A stretch of 64,000 nucleotides of DNA, taken from positions 77,128,001 through 77,192,000 of the forward strand of contig OZ024741.1 in the NCBI GenBank assembly GCA_964016885.1, written 5' to 3'. The DNA is from Eledone cirrhosa. Its lineage: Eukaryota. The notes below the pieces were generated by a model. That model made no database searches and was not told the origin of the DNA. It saw nothing but the letters and a program-made list of their open reading frames with translations. A program made the position numbers and the translations under genes. Of this stretch, positions 43,099 to 55,814 are shown piece after piece. How positions within the stretch are numbered: the stretch's first letter is position 1; every line of letters starts with the position of its first letter.

Positions 43099-43422
43099 TA
43101 CAGTGTACGCCCTGCATTCGCGGAATTTCCCTTAGAACCTAACTAATAATTCTTCGTGGAAACCACCGCATATTCGTGGAATCGTAAATATCTTCCGCGA
43201 TTTTTGTATGGCTTTTTTCGTGGCAATATATATTTTTTCACGCTTTTTAACGCTAAATTATTAATAACAATATACCGTATTTGCCGCCCTATATTTTATA
43301 TTATGTTTTGACGTTTATAGGCTTTTTTATGGACCACGTCCAATATTCGCGGTTTTTCACTCTTCGTGGGTACTCTAGTAACGTAACCCCTGCGAATATA
43401 TATATATATATATATATATATA

Positions 43423-43711
43423 GTGGTAGAACACTGGAAGGTAATATCCGTAGTGGTAGAACACTCAGTCCGTGGGACGAGTTACGTAGAAGTGGTTACA
43501 CCACAGTTAGTTCACCATACCGAGAACAATTGTTTCACCTTAGCGGATCCTCAGCTCGTAATGGACATAGTTATACGGAACAGGAAGGAGAACCGTACGG
43601 ACAAGGTACGGTTGCCCTTCCTGTTCCGTATAACCATGTCCATTACGAGCTGGGGATCCGCTAAGGTGAAACAATTGTTCTCGGTATGGTGAACTAACTA
43701 TTGTGTAACCA

Positions 43712-43715
<4 letters not shown>
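43423..43715. repeat. Fold-back pLTR hairpin in (TA)n with an HHR in each arm (43521-43558 minus; 43646-43683 plus)
   Basis: Near-perfect inverted repeat ~43491-43713 with loop ggacaag. cgag-CTGAGGA-tccgctaaggt-GAAA-caattg-TT-ctcg; the plus copy core reads CTGGGGA. Confidence 0.9.
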
Positions 43716-43768
<53 letters not shown>

Positions 43769-43960
43769 TAAAATAACAGATTAAAGTTTAAGCAAAGAAT
43801 CTCTGCTTCAGAAGATCCCGTTAAGGGTGAAAGCAGCGATTCTTTGCTTAAACTTTAATCTGTTATTTTAATAAATATTTGCTCTACGGTTCTTATATAT
43901 TTGATATATATTTTCCTTATCGAGCCCTCTTTGGATTTTAGTCTTCAATTTTATTATTAT

Positions 43961-43995
<35 letters not shown>

Positions 43996-44009
43996 GGTCA
44001 CATTTGAGT

Positions 44010-45262
44010 ACACAGAAAATACCTCTAGAGAAACAGGATTCGAGCTTGGGTTTACGAAAGAATACATACATACAATATTAAAGATGACCGAAAAGGAGAA
44101 TATCTATGCAGAACTAATGAGGAATCTGCAAATACTCCACCTTGACTATACCTTCAGATTTATACCGGTGATTATTGGGGCACTGGGATATGTTATTAAC
44201 TGCTTCAGTAAAAACCTTGAGAATCTGGGCTTTACAGAAACAAAAAACATGACTAGTTAGGAAATTACAAGTACAATCGATTAATGAAACAGTAAAAATA
44301 TGTAGAACATTTCAAAAATTCTGCATGTAATAACTGCATATACACTTACAGTATACACGTACAGATACAAAGCATATACACATGTACACATATAACTCAA
44401 AATATCCACATCTATATATACAATAACATCCATAACTGCACAGACACATATGCATGCAGACATGCATACATATCTACCTAGTTGATGTTGCTTATAATCC
44501 ACTGAGAGAGTCTTGTGTCTATGTTAGAGACCGACCCACTCTCTCTATTGGTAAACAATTATAAAATCAGAAAACCAGAAGATCATACATACATACATAC
44601 ATACATACATACATACATACATACATACATACATACATACATACATACATACATACATACATACATAAATGCATGCATATCTCCCTATGTGACACGATGT
44701 GATAGCTAGAACCCTCTGGAGCGCACTTAGGAAAACAAAGTTAAAAACAAATGAGGAGGAATATGTTGAGATAGATGGCACTAAAGAATACTGTTGGAAG
44801 TTGAAAATAAAAACTGCCACCAAATTAAAGCACAACCGACCGATATTATTATTTGGGGCCACACATTAAAAAGGTGCTCTGTTGTAGAGATCAGCTGCCC
44901 ACTTGATGTCAACATTGTAAGAAAAATACACAAGAAGGAGGACATCTACGGACCATTGATGAGGAGTTTGCAAATCCAGTATCCAAGATATACCTTCAGC
45001 TTCATACCCATCATTATTGGAGCTACATCTTATATACCAACCCGCTTGGACCAAAGTATAACTGAACTTGGATTTGTGAACAAAGAGCGCAGCTCCCTAA
45101 TTCATAGACTACAAATGGCTGTGATAGCTGGCACCTTCAAAATTTGCAAAACATTCTTGCGATTCAAGGGATGACAATTTCTTTTCTTTTACAACCTTGC
45201 CACCAGGAAGGTGGCCGGTCAAAAATGTACTCGAAATTAAGAGAAAGAGAAACATACATACA
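44010..45262 (+). mobile_element. Two tandem 3' fragments of R4-like (RLE) non-LTR elements, each ending in (CATA)n
   Basis: KENIYAELMRNLQILH...FIPVIIGALG and DIIIW....CSVVEISCPLD...FIPIIIGA. Confidence 0.8.
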
Positions 45263-45439
45263 TGAATGTATGTATATATGTATGTATGTATGTTATGTCA
45301 GGTCACCAGTTGGTGCTACTGGTAACATGTATCCCAGTACAACCAGTCTCATGGTCGGGTCGTTGGCGACTAAACTGGCAACCCCACCAAGGTTTCTTGG
45401 CGAGGAGGGTGACTTTGGACATATATATATATATATCCG

Positions 45440-47887
45440 GCCCCAGGGCAATTTAGCACCCTGGACGCCTTCGTCGATGCCAGCCGTAGCGCAGTAAATC
45501 GTTTCGACTTCCGCCACCGTTCCAAACGGCACAACATCTCACGGGGCGAACTCCTCGCTCTCCGCTCCCTCCGTAGCCGAGATGACATCGTCATCAAACC
45601 GGCGGACAAAGGAGGCGCCGTGGTGGTATGGCGCGCGGACCTCTACACGGCCGAAGCCCTCAGGCAGCTCTGTAACCCCCTCTTTTACCGCCCTCTACCC
45701 TCCGATCCCACCCCCCTCTACCAACAACAAGTCTCCTCCACCATCAAAGACCTTATCGCCTCCTCCCTCCTCCCCCCCACCGCTTCCCACCTCATCGTCC
45801 GCACCCCCCGCACCCCCACCATCTACTTCCTCCCCAAACTCCACAAACCCGACAACCCCGGCCGCCCCATCGTCTCCGCTTGCAACTGCCCCACCGAACT
45901 CATCTCCGCCTTTCTTGACTCCCTCCTCGCCCCCCTTGTCACCACCCTCCCCTCCCACATCTCTGACACCAACCACGCCCTGCGCCTTTTCGACTCCTTC
46001 ACCTACCTACCCGGCCCTCAGCCATTCCTCTTCACCCTAGACATCAAGTCCCTCTATACCGTCATCCCCCACGCTGACGGCCTTCGCGCCCTCAAACACT
46101 ACCTCGACCTTCGCCCCTCCCCCATTCCCTCCACCCCCACCCTCCTTCGCCTCGCCGAGCTGGTCCTCACCCTAAATTGTTTCTCCTTCTCGGGTGAGTT
46201 TTACCAACAGGTCACGGGGGTAGCCATGGGCACAAGAATGGGCCCGAACTATGCCAACCTTTTTGTTGGCCATGTTGAGGCCCAAATCTTTGCCCAGTAC
46301 ACCGGCCCCACGCCCGAACTGTACGGTCGTTACATTGACGACTGTATCGGAGCCACGACCCTCACCCGAGTACAGCTCGACTCCTTTCTCTCCTTCTTCT
46401 GCTCCTTCCACCCCTCCCTCCACTTCACCACCTCTATCTCCACCACCCACGTCCACTTCTTGGACATCTCCGTCGCCTTCGACCCCTCCTACCACTCCCT
46501 CGTCACCTCTGCCTTCTTCAAACCCACCGACTCCCACTCTTACCTCGACTTCACCTCTTCCCACCCCACCCACACTAAACTCTCCATTCCCTACTCCCAA
46601 CTTCTCAGGATCCGCCGCCTCTGTAGCCGAGATGCTGACTTCGAGTCCCAGGCCCTTTCCCTAGTCAGCCATTTCATCCGCAGAGGTTACCCCCCTCTCT
46701 CGTCCACACCGCTCTCACCCGCGCCCGTGCTATCCCCCGCTCCACCACCCTTACCCCACGCCACCGCACACCCACCCACCGTCTCCCCTTCCCCATCACC
46801 TACCACCCCTCCACCGCACCCCTCCACCGCACCATCCGCCGCCTCTTCCGACACCTCCAGTCCGACCCCTCCACCTCCCACATCTTCCCAACCCCACCAC
46901 TCCCCTCCTTCAAACGCGCACGCAATCTCCGCACCCTCCTCGTCCACAGCTCCCTACCCCCCATCCCACGCTCCCCCCCGGTTCCTTCCCCTGTTCTAGG
47001 CCCCGCTGCAACACCTGTCCCCACATCACCAACACCACCACCTTCCAGGGTCCCAATGGCCACCCTCTCTCGGTCCGGCATGCCTTCCGCTGCACCTCCT
47101 CCAACCTAGTCTACGGACTTCGTTGCACGAGGTGCAGCGCGACTTATGTCGGACAGACGGGACGCCGCCTGGCGGACCGAGTCACGGAGCACCTCCGGGA
47201 CATTCGTCTCGGGGGCAGTTCCCCCATCGCCCGCCACTTTGGTGGCCCTGGACACTCCGCACGCCATCTCACAGTCTGTGGCCTACTCCAGTGCCACGGT
47301 ACACCCGCCCATCGCCTTACGGTCGAACAACGTACTATCTTCATCTTACAGACCCACACTCCCCCCGGCCTGAACTCCCCACCCTTATTCCTTTAGCGTT
47401 CGACCGCCCCCCTCCCCCCACACTTATCCCCCACTAACACCACTAACACACCCCTCCTTTTCACCGCCCACCCCACACTAACAATACTAACACCTCCACC
47501 TCACCCCTCATCTGACCACCCTTCCCCAACTAACATACTAACATCCCTTCCCTCCCCTCTTCTCCTCCTCCCCCTCCTTATCACACGCACACACGCACCC
47601 ACTTACACCCCCCACCCCCACGCAACTAACATCACTAACACCCTCCAACCCCACGCACACGTACCCACACACCCTCGTACACCACCAACTCTACACACCC
47701 TACCCCCACTAACCCCCACTCACACCTGCATTCCACCCCTCCCCACCTCCCGTATATTAACACCCACTAACACCTCTTCACCAAACTACACACACACCAG
47801 TACACCACACTCCCTCCATAGAACCACACACACTCTTCTCTCCCCGCTCCACACTCACTCATCCCACTAACACCCCACTAATACACA

Positions 47888-47920
<33 letters not shown>

Positions 47921-48877
47921 CCTCCTCACTCCAACTCTCACACCTACCCATCCTCGCCTCCCTACCATTCCGCCGACTGCTGCTATGCCCTTCCGACCAC
48001 TGTCTCAGCACCAACTGACCACAGCACTTCCACTGCTGACCACTTCCTGTTGCGCGCGCACCCCACATCTCTCCTCTTCCGACCACCGCTTCTTGGATTA
48101 CCCACACGCGCTTTGACTTCTCACCAAAATCTCCATACATCCGTGTAACTTACCACTTTTCAACCACCCTCTTACACCACCACCTATATAACTCACCCAC
48201 ACACACACACCCCAAAACAATTTTTTTATCCACACGCCACCCACACCCACAACACGCTTAAACCACACACACACGTGCTTCCCACCACATATTTACACCC
48301 TCAGCCCCCTGATTCCTCTCCCCCCACCCCCTATCCACACACGCACAGACACTCCGACCCACAAAAACACCCCCCACACACACCTTCCTGAACATGCAAC
48401 CCCGTTCTTCCCCCAACCCTCACTTTCACATACACACACACACACACACACGCACACCTAACCACACACACCACCTTCAGCCCTCCCCGCTCGGACACCC
48501 CGTCTCCCTCTCCCCACTCAACCCGCCACCACCTCTACTCACCCCACACCCTTCCACCACCTGTTTACCCCCCTTTTAATTTCAGTTTATTTTGATCATG
48601 CCTTTATTTTTAAATTTTCTCATTCCTTGTATTTTGATCATGCTTTATTTTTATTTATTATTTATTATATTTTTGTCTTTATTTGTTAATTTTTCATTCG
48701 CACCGTTTCCTTTCGCTATATGTCTCTCCACCACTCCCCTACACACCTTTTGAACTCTCACCTGAAGAAGGGCTTATGCCCGAAACGTCGTCCCCCACCT
48801 ACCCCCCACTCTCCTGAGCGTGAATTTAATAAACATTTGTCGTACTGCCTCTCTGTTCTGTCCCTGTTCAATTTTTC

Positions 48878-48880
<3 letters not shown>
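45440..48880 (+). mobile_element. Neptune-like PLE, 5'-truncated, extremely C-rich, flanked by (TA)n
   Basis: KPADKGGAVVVW, YFLPKLHK, GRPIVS, LDIKSLYT, GVAMGTRMGPNYAN, RYIDDC. After frameshifts in C-runs (~46695, ~46975) come CSRPRCNTC and NLVYGLRCTRCSATYVGQTGRRLADRVTEH, with a stop at ~47396. Confidence 0.92.
48755..48795 (+). ncRNA. HHR-like core in the Neptune pLTR
   Basis: CTGAAGA-a-gggc ttat gccc-GAAA-c gtc g-TC. Stem I pairing is not evident. Confidence 0.5.
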
Positions 48881-48911
<31 letters not shown>

Positions 48912-49399
48912 TGCATGTGTGTGTGTGTGTAAAAGTAAACAAAAATAACAAAGCAAACGATACTACAATATTTATACACACACATATATACATACATATA
49001 TATGTGTGCGCGTGTTGCGTGTCTGGGTGTGTGTTTGCGTGCGTCTGTGTGATTGCATGCATATGCACATACAAACAGGCTACGTACATAAACTTGCACA
49101 GATGCACTCATACACATATTTGTACACTGCGAGACATTCTCTTTAATGGTGAGCACAGAAGATTTAGAACCTTACAACACTATCACTTTCTACAGTAGTG
49201 CCAAGCAATAATTGTTTCTACTTTTGGCACAAGGCCAGCAATTATCCCAGTGTATTACTGGTGCTTTTTTTTATCGACCCCGTAAGGATGAAGGCAAAGT
49301 TAACTTCGGCGGAATTTGAACTCAGACGATGTTACTAATAAATATGTAAGTTCTTTTGACTCCTACCGAATCCACGCACCTACCACACGCTGTTGCCAT

Positions 49400-50400
49400 A
49401 TCAATCCACGTTCAGTTGTAATTACTCAACTATGCAGCAACTATTTTGATGGAAATTTGTTTTTTGCTCTAACATATTTTTTTAATATCTATAATGAACC
49501 ATTTTATGCACCTTTCTCCAGTTCACGAATCACTGATCTGCGGTCCTTCCTAGGTTCAATAGATAAGATATTGTGCATCTAGCTACAAACCTATGGCCTC
49601 CCATATCTACTAAAAGCCTGATACACAGTCATTCTCGTTCATTACGATTCCACCATAGTTTAGACCATTTCTTTCGCGTGTCCACTTCATATTACCTTCC
49701 TATGCCATCGTGAACTTGACGATCAGAGAATTGTTGGCACGTCAGACCATGCAGTTCAGAGCCTTACTTCATTGTTGTAATGTAGTTTGGAAGCACGAGC
49801 GCCTCATTCAGATCAACCTTCATCTTCCAGTCGTTAGTACCATTCAGAAACCTGGACCTTGGCTTTCCTTAGTTTAGACTCCTGTATTGTCTTTTTTCAC
49901 GGTCATTGTGGAAAACCATGGAGTGCATTCGGCGTTGATTTTCATAGCATGACATTGCTACGTTGTTATTTTTGAGCATCAACGAAGATACTCAATATTT
50001 GGTTATGTCGCAAGGCATACTCTGCAAGGGATAATATGCAAGCTTCTAGAATATGCTCCAACGGTGCATAAACCCCTCACAGATGACAATGACCTGTGTT
50101 ACTCTATCGCCACCATTTAATATTGGATTGAGATAGAAACACACTGTACACAGATCTCTGGAGGAGTTACAACCTAGCTGGTTTCATTTTCAACATGTTC
50201 CATGCTAACTTCCTTTACTCAACTGTCTCCCATATTGTCTACGCACGTGGCTTCATAACCCCACTGCTTTAGGCGTACGTTTCTCATCCTCGGTGTGACA
50301 AATTTCTTTGGACACAATATTTCGCTTACATTTCTTATTCTGGTTGCATATTAATTTTCCCGCACACGCAACATTCCGGCGCTTGTGTTTAACTCTGCAC
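49400..50400 (+). pseudogene. Highly decayed CR1/L2-like RT remnant
   Basis: DLRSF...LQTYG-like segment (~49535-49600) and LEYAPTV (~50045). Heavily disrupted. Confidence 0.4.
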
Positions 50401-51258
50401 CTATCAATTCTTTCATTTTCATTGTAGTTTCTTCCACCTCAACAGCTTTTCTCGCGCTCCATTTTCTTCTGTTGGCTGAACAGCATAAATAGTGGGATCC
50501 AAAGAATCCTGTGGTATCGTGTCACTGGGCTTTACTACTTTAAATTCCTAAACCAACGATGTTAAAGGCAGTTAGTGCTTTGTAGTAGCACTTCAGCCCA
50601 ATTTCTGTAAAGCATGTAAAAGATGAAGCCACTTTCATAGTAACTTAATAGAACAATATTCCTTTCTGTCTACTCTTGCTAACAGTATTTCATGTAGATA
50701 CTTGCAGTGGCTACTAGAACCTCGGCAAAACACCGTGTTGATAATACCACACCTTAAACTTTACTGCCAAACCACTGTTGTCAATTGCATTTAGTCCCTA
50801 TCTCAACTTGGCCTCAATCTCAATATACCTATTGGTATTGCATACACACACACGCATATATATATCCACACGTACACATACACACATACACACATACACA
50901 CATACACAAAAACACACATACACAAAAACACACATACACAGACACTCACAGATATTTGTGTGTGTGCGTTTGTACATCTCAGAATTGTGCCCTCGTTGCA
51001 AATAAAAGAATCCTCAATATTATTATTTGACTACTTGTCACGACTAGAGTTGATGTTGCTTTGTACCGGTTATTTTAGGGAATACCGGACTCAACTAATC
51101 GCTTAGGGTAATTCCAACCTTTTCAGATCATTCTTTGTCATTTCACTACTGCTGGTAGTCCAGCTCAATATTCGAGCTGTTCCCAGTAGGCGGTTCAATG
51201 TTTGGTGCAAAGTCTATCTTCGACAGGTAATTCACAACGTTCTTTGACACCATACCAG

Positions 51259-51325
<67 letters not shown>

Positions 51326-51598
51326 CAGCATTAGCATCAGCATCAGTAGTAGTAGTAGAAAAAAGAATTAATGCATTTCGCGTGAGAAGTGTAAAATGTT
51401 GAAACTATGGGGGTACAAAGCATCAGGAATATCACTTGATCTGAAGAACTCAACTGAATAATCAAGAAGAATGCATAGGAAATAAAGTATGCAGAGGTAA
51501 AAACAAAAAAAGCAAAACAAAACCAAAACAAAAATTGAAGCATTACCAAAAACTTTCCACATTTCATGATCTCTCTCTCTCGCTCTCACCCCTCTCTC

Positions 51599-51651
<53 letters not shown>

Positions 51652-51902
51652 ATATATATATGTATATATATGGCTTCTACAGGACTACAAAATAGCTCTA
51701 AGAAAGAGATATTTCTGAGCCGTATATTATAATAGAATATAAAAGAAAAGCGAACACAGATATATACATATATGTGTTCAAATCGTAAGGGACATGATTC
51801 GCTAAGGTGAAAAGAATACTAACTATAGACATTGGGTTCGCTTGTCTCAATTTAAGAACAAATTTAGAAAATAAATACAAACCGGAATTGTGGTAACTAC
51901 CA

Positions 51903-51980
51903 ATCACCCAGACAACTTGTTGTTGTTTCGCAAAGTTAATTGTGAATAGAAATACTAATCCAAGCTCATCAGTGGGTGAT
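51903..51980 (-). ncRNA. Canonical type I hammerhead ribozyme with full stem III
   Basis: atcaccca-CTGATGA-gc...gc-GAAA-caac aacaa gttg-TC-tgggtgat. 8-bp stem I, 5-bp stem III, GUC triplet. Confidence 0.85.
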
Positions 51981-51999
51981 AAATTAGTATCCTAGATAC

Positions 52000-52257
52000 A
52001 TCTATGTATGCTATATATAAAAAATAAAACAGCGCACATGGTATCCTAGCGAGTCTCACAAACCCACACCACTAAAAATAGCAGCCAGGTTTACTCGACA
52101 TTTGAAATAGCTCAACAAATTAACGGAGCCGAATATATTAAATGTATAAATTGAGTTAGGAACTCAAAATAGTCTATTTTTAGTGGCGTGGGTTTGTGAG
52201 ACTCGCTAGGATGCCATGTGCGCTGTTTTACTTTTTATATATAGCATACATAGATGT
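52000..52257. repeat. Inverted repeat (~82-bp arms, 52000-52081 and 52173-52257)
   Basis: acagcgcacatggtatcctagcgagtctcacaaaccca is inverted as tgggtttgtgagactcgctaggatgccatgtgcgctgt. Confidence 0.85.
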
Positions 52258-52289
52258 AGGATTATGTCCTCTCTCGTTAAGTTTCCAGA

Positions 52290-53500
52290 AGATCCAAGGC
52301 AGGGAAATGAGTTTTTCCGTTTCTAGACCTTAAAATGTGCAGATGTTGTTGGTAACATCCATTGAAGTGGTTAATGTTGTGTTCTGTATAGTTTTTTTTT
52401 CTGGATACCCTTTTTCTTTTATTTAAAAGATCTTTTGAACCGACAAGTAGATTGATTTTAACCATTGCATGTCGACTGTTTGGGCGGGGTCTGATTGGAT
52501 GTCTGTTATTGATTGTGGCACGTGATGCTGGAAGCCATACCGTCTAGCCAACTAAACGTTGTGTCATCAAAGAGCTTACATTACTTGTGTGTTGGTGGAA
52601 AGTGTGTCTTACAAGAGATGGGAAATTACAGGATCTCTTCATAGTGACATGTAAATTATGATGAGGAGTGTTAAATCAGGTTACGGTACTCTTCATAACT
52701 CTTCTGTGACATAGAGTGGTAGGGGGTGTCCCACGTGTAGACAAGCTTCACACAGATTAATGTCTCGTCATAATGCTAAATCAATGATTTTCTTACCCTA
52801 GGATAAGTTAGATACTCTCCAACTTATATCGGCCACCAGGTTTCTAAATATAACTCGATGCGTGCTATTAGAATTTTGTAGAGGAATATAATTTCCTCAT
52901 TTGGATTCCTATAGAAGTGCTTACCTCTCTTAATATCTAATACGATATCTGTTGGCGATCGTTAGGTTGGTACTAAAAGTTATACCTAAGACAAATTCCT
53001 TGAATACGTATATAAAGACTTTTCTAAATGTGACTATGACATGGTCATTTAAGTCGCATGCGATTGTTAGGACACCATCTCCATATAAACCGATGTTGTA
53101 GAAGAGGTGCGATTTTAAAGGGAGGCAAAATGAACAGACCCATGAAACTAGTTATCTCAAATCCATTATATCTCTCTATGGCGACGATGAACAGTAGGCC
53201 ACCTTCCTTTTTGACATCTACAGGAACTGTCAGAGATCGTTAATTATAGTAATTTCCCCCCCAAATCCAGGGCTTTCAGAAAAAAGAATATAAGTATAGA
53301 TGGATAAAAGCCCAGTATGTAAAATTAAATGAGTCTCCAGGTTGATTTATTTTTCGATGTCATAAAACTATTTGATTACACTAACATTGCAGTTCATTTG
53401 ATTAGTACTTCTAAATTTGAGTTGGATGGCATCTAGAATATATTTACTAACTATGCCGAATTCGCTTTTGGAATGGTTGATTAACCTACATTTGAGGTTG
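52290..53500 (-). pseudogene. Decayed PLE RT
   Basis: The minus strand gives CRLINHSKSEFGIVSKYILD, FYPSI, YNGFEITSFMGLFIL and GLYGDG. These are degenerate forms of the CRLINP.KSE.G..SK, FYPSI, YDGAE.CELVGL and GLYRDD motifs. Confidence 0.65.
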
Positions 53501-54451
53501 AAGACATATGTGAACCAAGTGTTCACGGTTTAAAGATTGAGACTCGAAGAATATTGAGTTACAGAGTAGTTTTAGATATACAGTATAGTTCCAGTTAAAT
53601 CAATTTATTCGCCCCAGAAAGTTGTGGCCATGTGACAGTCGATAGTAGAATCGGTAAAGTTAAAGTCTGTTAGAAGCCCAGAGGCTCATCAGACCGGAGC
53701 TTAACACTGTTTTATTTGCTTTAAGCGACTATGAGTACAAGATGTCAGTCAATTGTAGGGTTAACCCCCAGTTGCTGCTGCTGCTGGTACTAATTTTCAG
53801 CTGAATTGGCTGGAGCAACATGAAATGAAGTATTTTGTTCAATAACAGAACACGTCACACGGTCGAGGAATCGAGCCCACGACATTACGATCGTAAGTCC
53901 AACACCCTAACCGCAATGCCGCGCGCCTTCATAGTAGAATAAGTAGAGCTGAATAAAGTACCTTACGTTCTGAGTTCAAACCTCAGCTTTGCCTTTCATC
54001 TTTTTAGGGGGTCGATAAAATAACGTACCTGTTATGATCACCCAATCAAATCTTCGGGAATAGTATATCAAGAAATACATTATTCAACGTGTGCTCCCTT
54101 CTTGAGATTCAACTGTTATTTCTAATAGGTTGAGTCACTACATAGAGGTTCCCTTCTAAGTAAGTAATAGATTTGTTGTGTTTTGATGTCACTGCTGTCT
54201 TTTAGCTCTAGTTTAGTAGTGATTGAGCAGAACTACAAAAAGGACCCTCCAGCCATGGTAATTTTTCCTATTTATGGATAGGTATATAGGAATACATGGT
54301 CCAAATTATCCTTCCAGTTTTGAATAAGATTTGACAGCTATTTATAGCAAGCTGGACAACCACTTAGAGGTTCCTTCATGTCTACATCATGGATTTGTTG
54401 TTTAGACTCAGGCCATGGGAAAGCTCGGGGCGAAGTGGTTAGGGTGCTGGG

Positions 54452-54493
54452 TTAGGGTTAGGGTTAGGGTTAGGGCTAGGGTTAGGGTTAGGG
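54452..54493 (+). repeat. Interstitial telomeric repeat (TTAGGG)x7, one unit CTAGGG
   Basis: Read directly; lies within a SINE head. Confidence 0.9.
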
Positions 54494-54750
54494 TGCTGGG
54501 TTCACAATCTTAAGTTCGATTACTGAACCGGGTGGTGTGCTGTGTCCTTGGGCAAGTAAATTTATTTCACGCTGCTTCATTCCACTTAGCTGGCAAAAAT
54601 GAGCTATACTTCAAGCTGTACTTCATTGTGTCACGCTGAATCTCTCCGAGAACAAAGCTAAGGGTGCATGTGTCTGTAGAATGCTCAACCACTTACATAT
54701 TAATTTCACAAACAAGCAGTTCTGTTGATTGAATTAACTGGAGCAATCGA

Positions 54751-54910
54751 GAGGGACATGCTGCCAATAAAACACATGCACGAGTTGAGTTTCACTTCAG
54801 TTTTACTAAACTAACTAACGAATGGATTAGTTAGAAAACTGAAGAGAAAATCAACTGGTGAGTGTGTTTTATTGGCAGCATGACCCTCCCAAATATATAA
54901 CAATATCTAT
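54751..54910. repeat. Fold-back hairpin of a family-B-related pLTR 3' end
   Basis: gagggacatgctgccaataaaacac is inverted as gtgttttattggcagcatgaccctc. Similar to 31670-31735. Confidence 0.75.
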
Positions 54911-55783
54911 TTCAACACAATTTCACGTTTTCTTAAACTTCAGAATTATAAATACACTTTATAGGTTTATAGGGATTTTTTGTAACTTTTCACTGAAGTG
55001 TGAAAGCAATTTTCTCATCCGATTTTCAATGAAATCAAAAGATTGAGAGCCTACTGGTATATACAGAAACTATATGGTGGAACTAGAGTGTATGGTGCCC
55101 AAAGTAGCCCTTGAGTTAGCCTCAACCCCACCCCGAAAAACAATTACTTAAATACATATGCCATAGTTTAAATTATTCGAAATCGAAAAGGCCCTTCATC
55201 TGTAAGCAGTATCCGGATATTAAAATACATAGACTTTATTTCAATACATAGACTTATAAAACAGTCCGCAATGTGCCTCCCCCATAAAGGTGTTGCCCGG
55301 GGTGAATCCCCCGCCCGCCCCACTAGTAGGTTACTACAGAAACTCCCAAGTTGTCTCATAGTGAATGTGATATGTCGTATCAACCTCGTTCTGGTCATTC
55401 TATACATGATTTTGCTGCCAGGTTTTATTATTGTTTTCTCTGCTTTATTGATTTTGTTTTTGATCTACAAATATATTAATATACATCTTTGTTTCTTTAT
55501 CTGACTTTTTTTTTCAGTTTATTTTGTTGTTGTTTCACTTTTATTAATTATTTTGAGCTGCTTTATTGGTGCCCTTATTATTATTAATATCATTACTATT
55601 GTTGTTGTTGTTAATTTCTCCGACAACTCCCATCATCCAACAAAACCAGTTTACTCGTAAACATGTCATAGCAAGCGCTTGAAATCGTTAAAAAACACAA
55701 GTCCTTAGTCAAACATGCCCGCTTGCTGCGTGTTAAAGCATACTACAACAGCAGCAACAACAACAACAACAACAACAACAACA

Positions 55784-55814
<31 letters not shown>

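Noticed and set aside
45582-47104. Pro/Ser-rich and Gly-rich alternative-frame ORFs
   Set aside because: By-products of the C-skewed Neptune ORF, where stop codons are rare.
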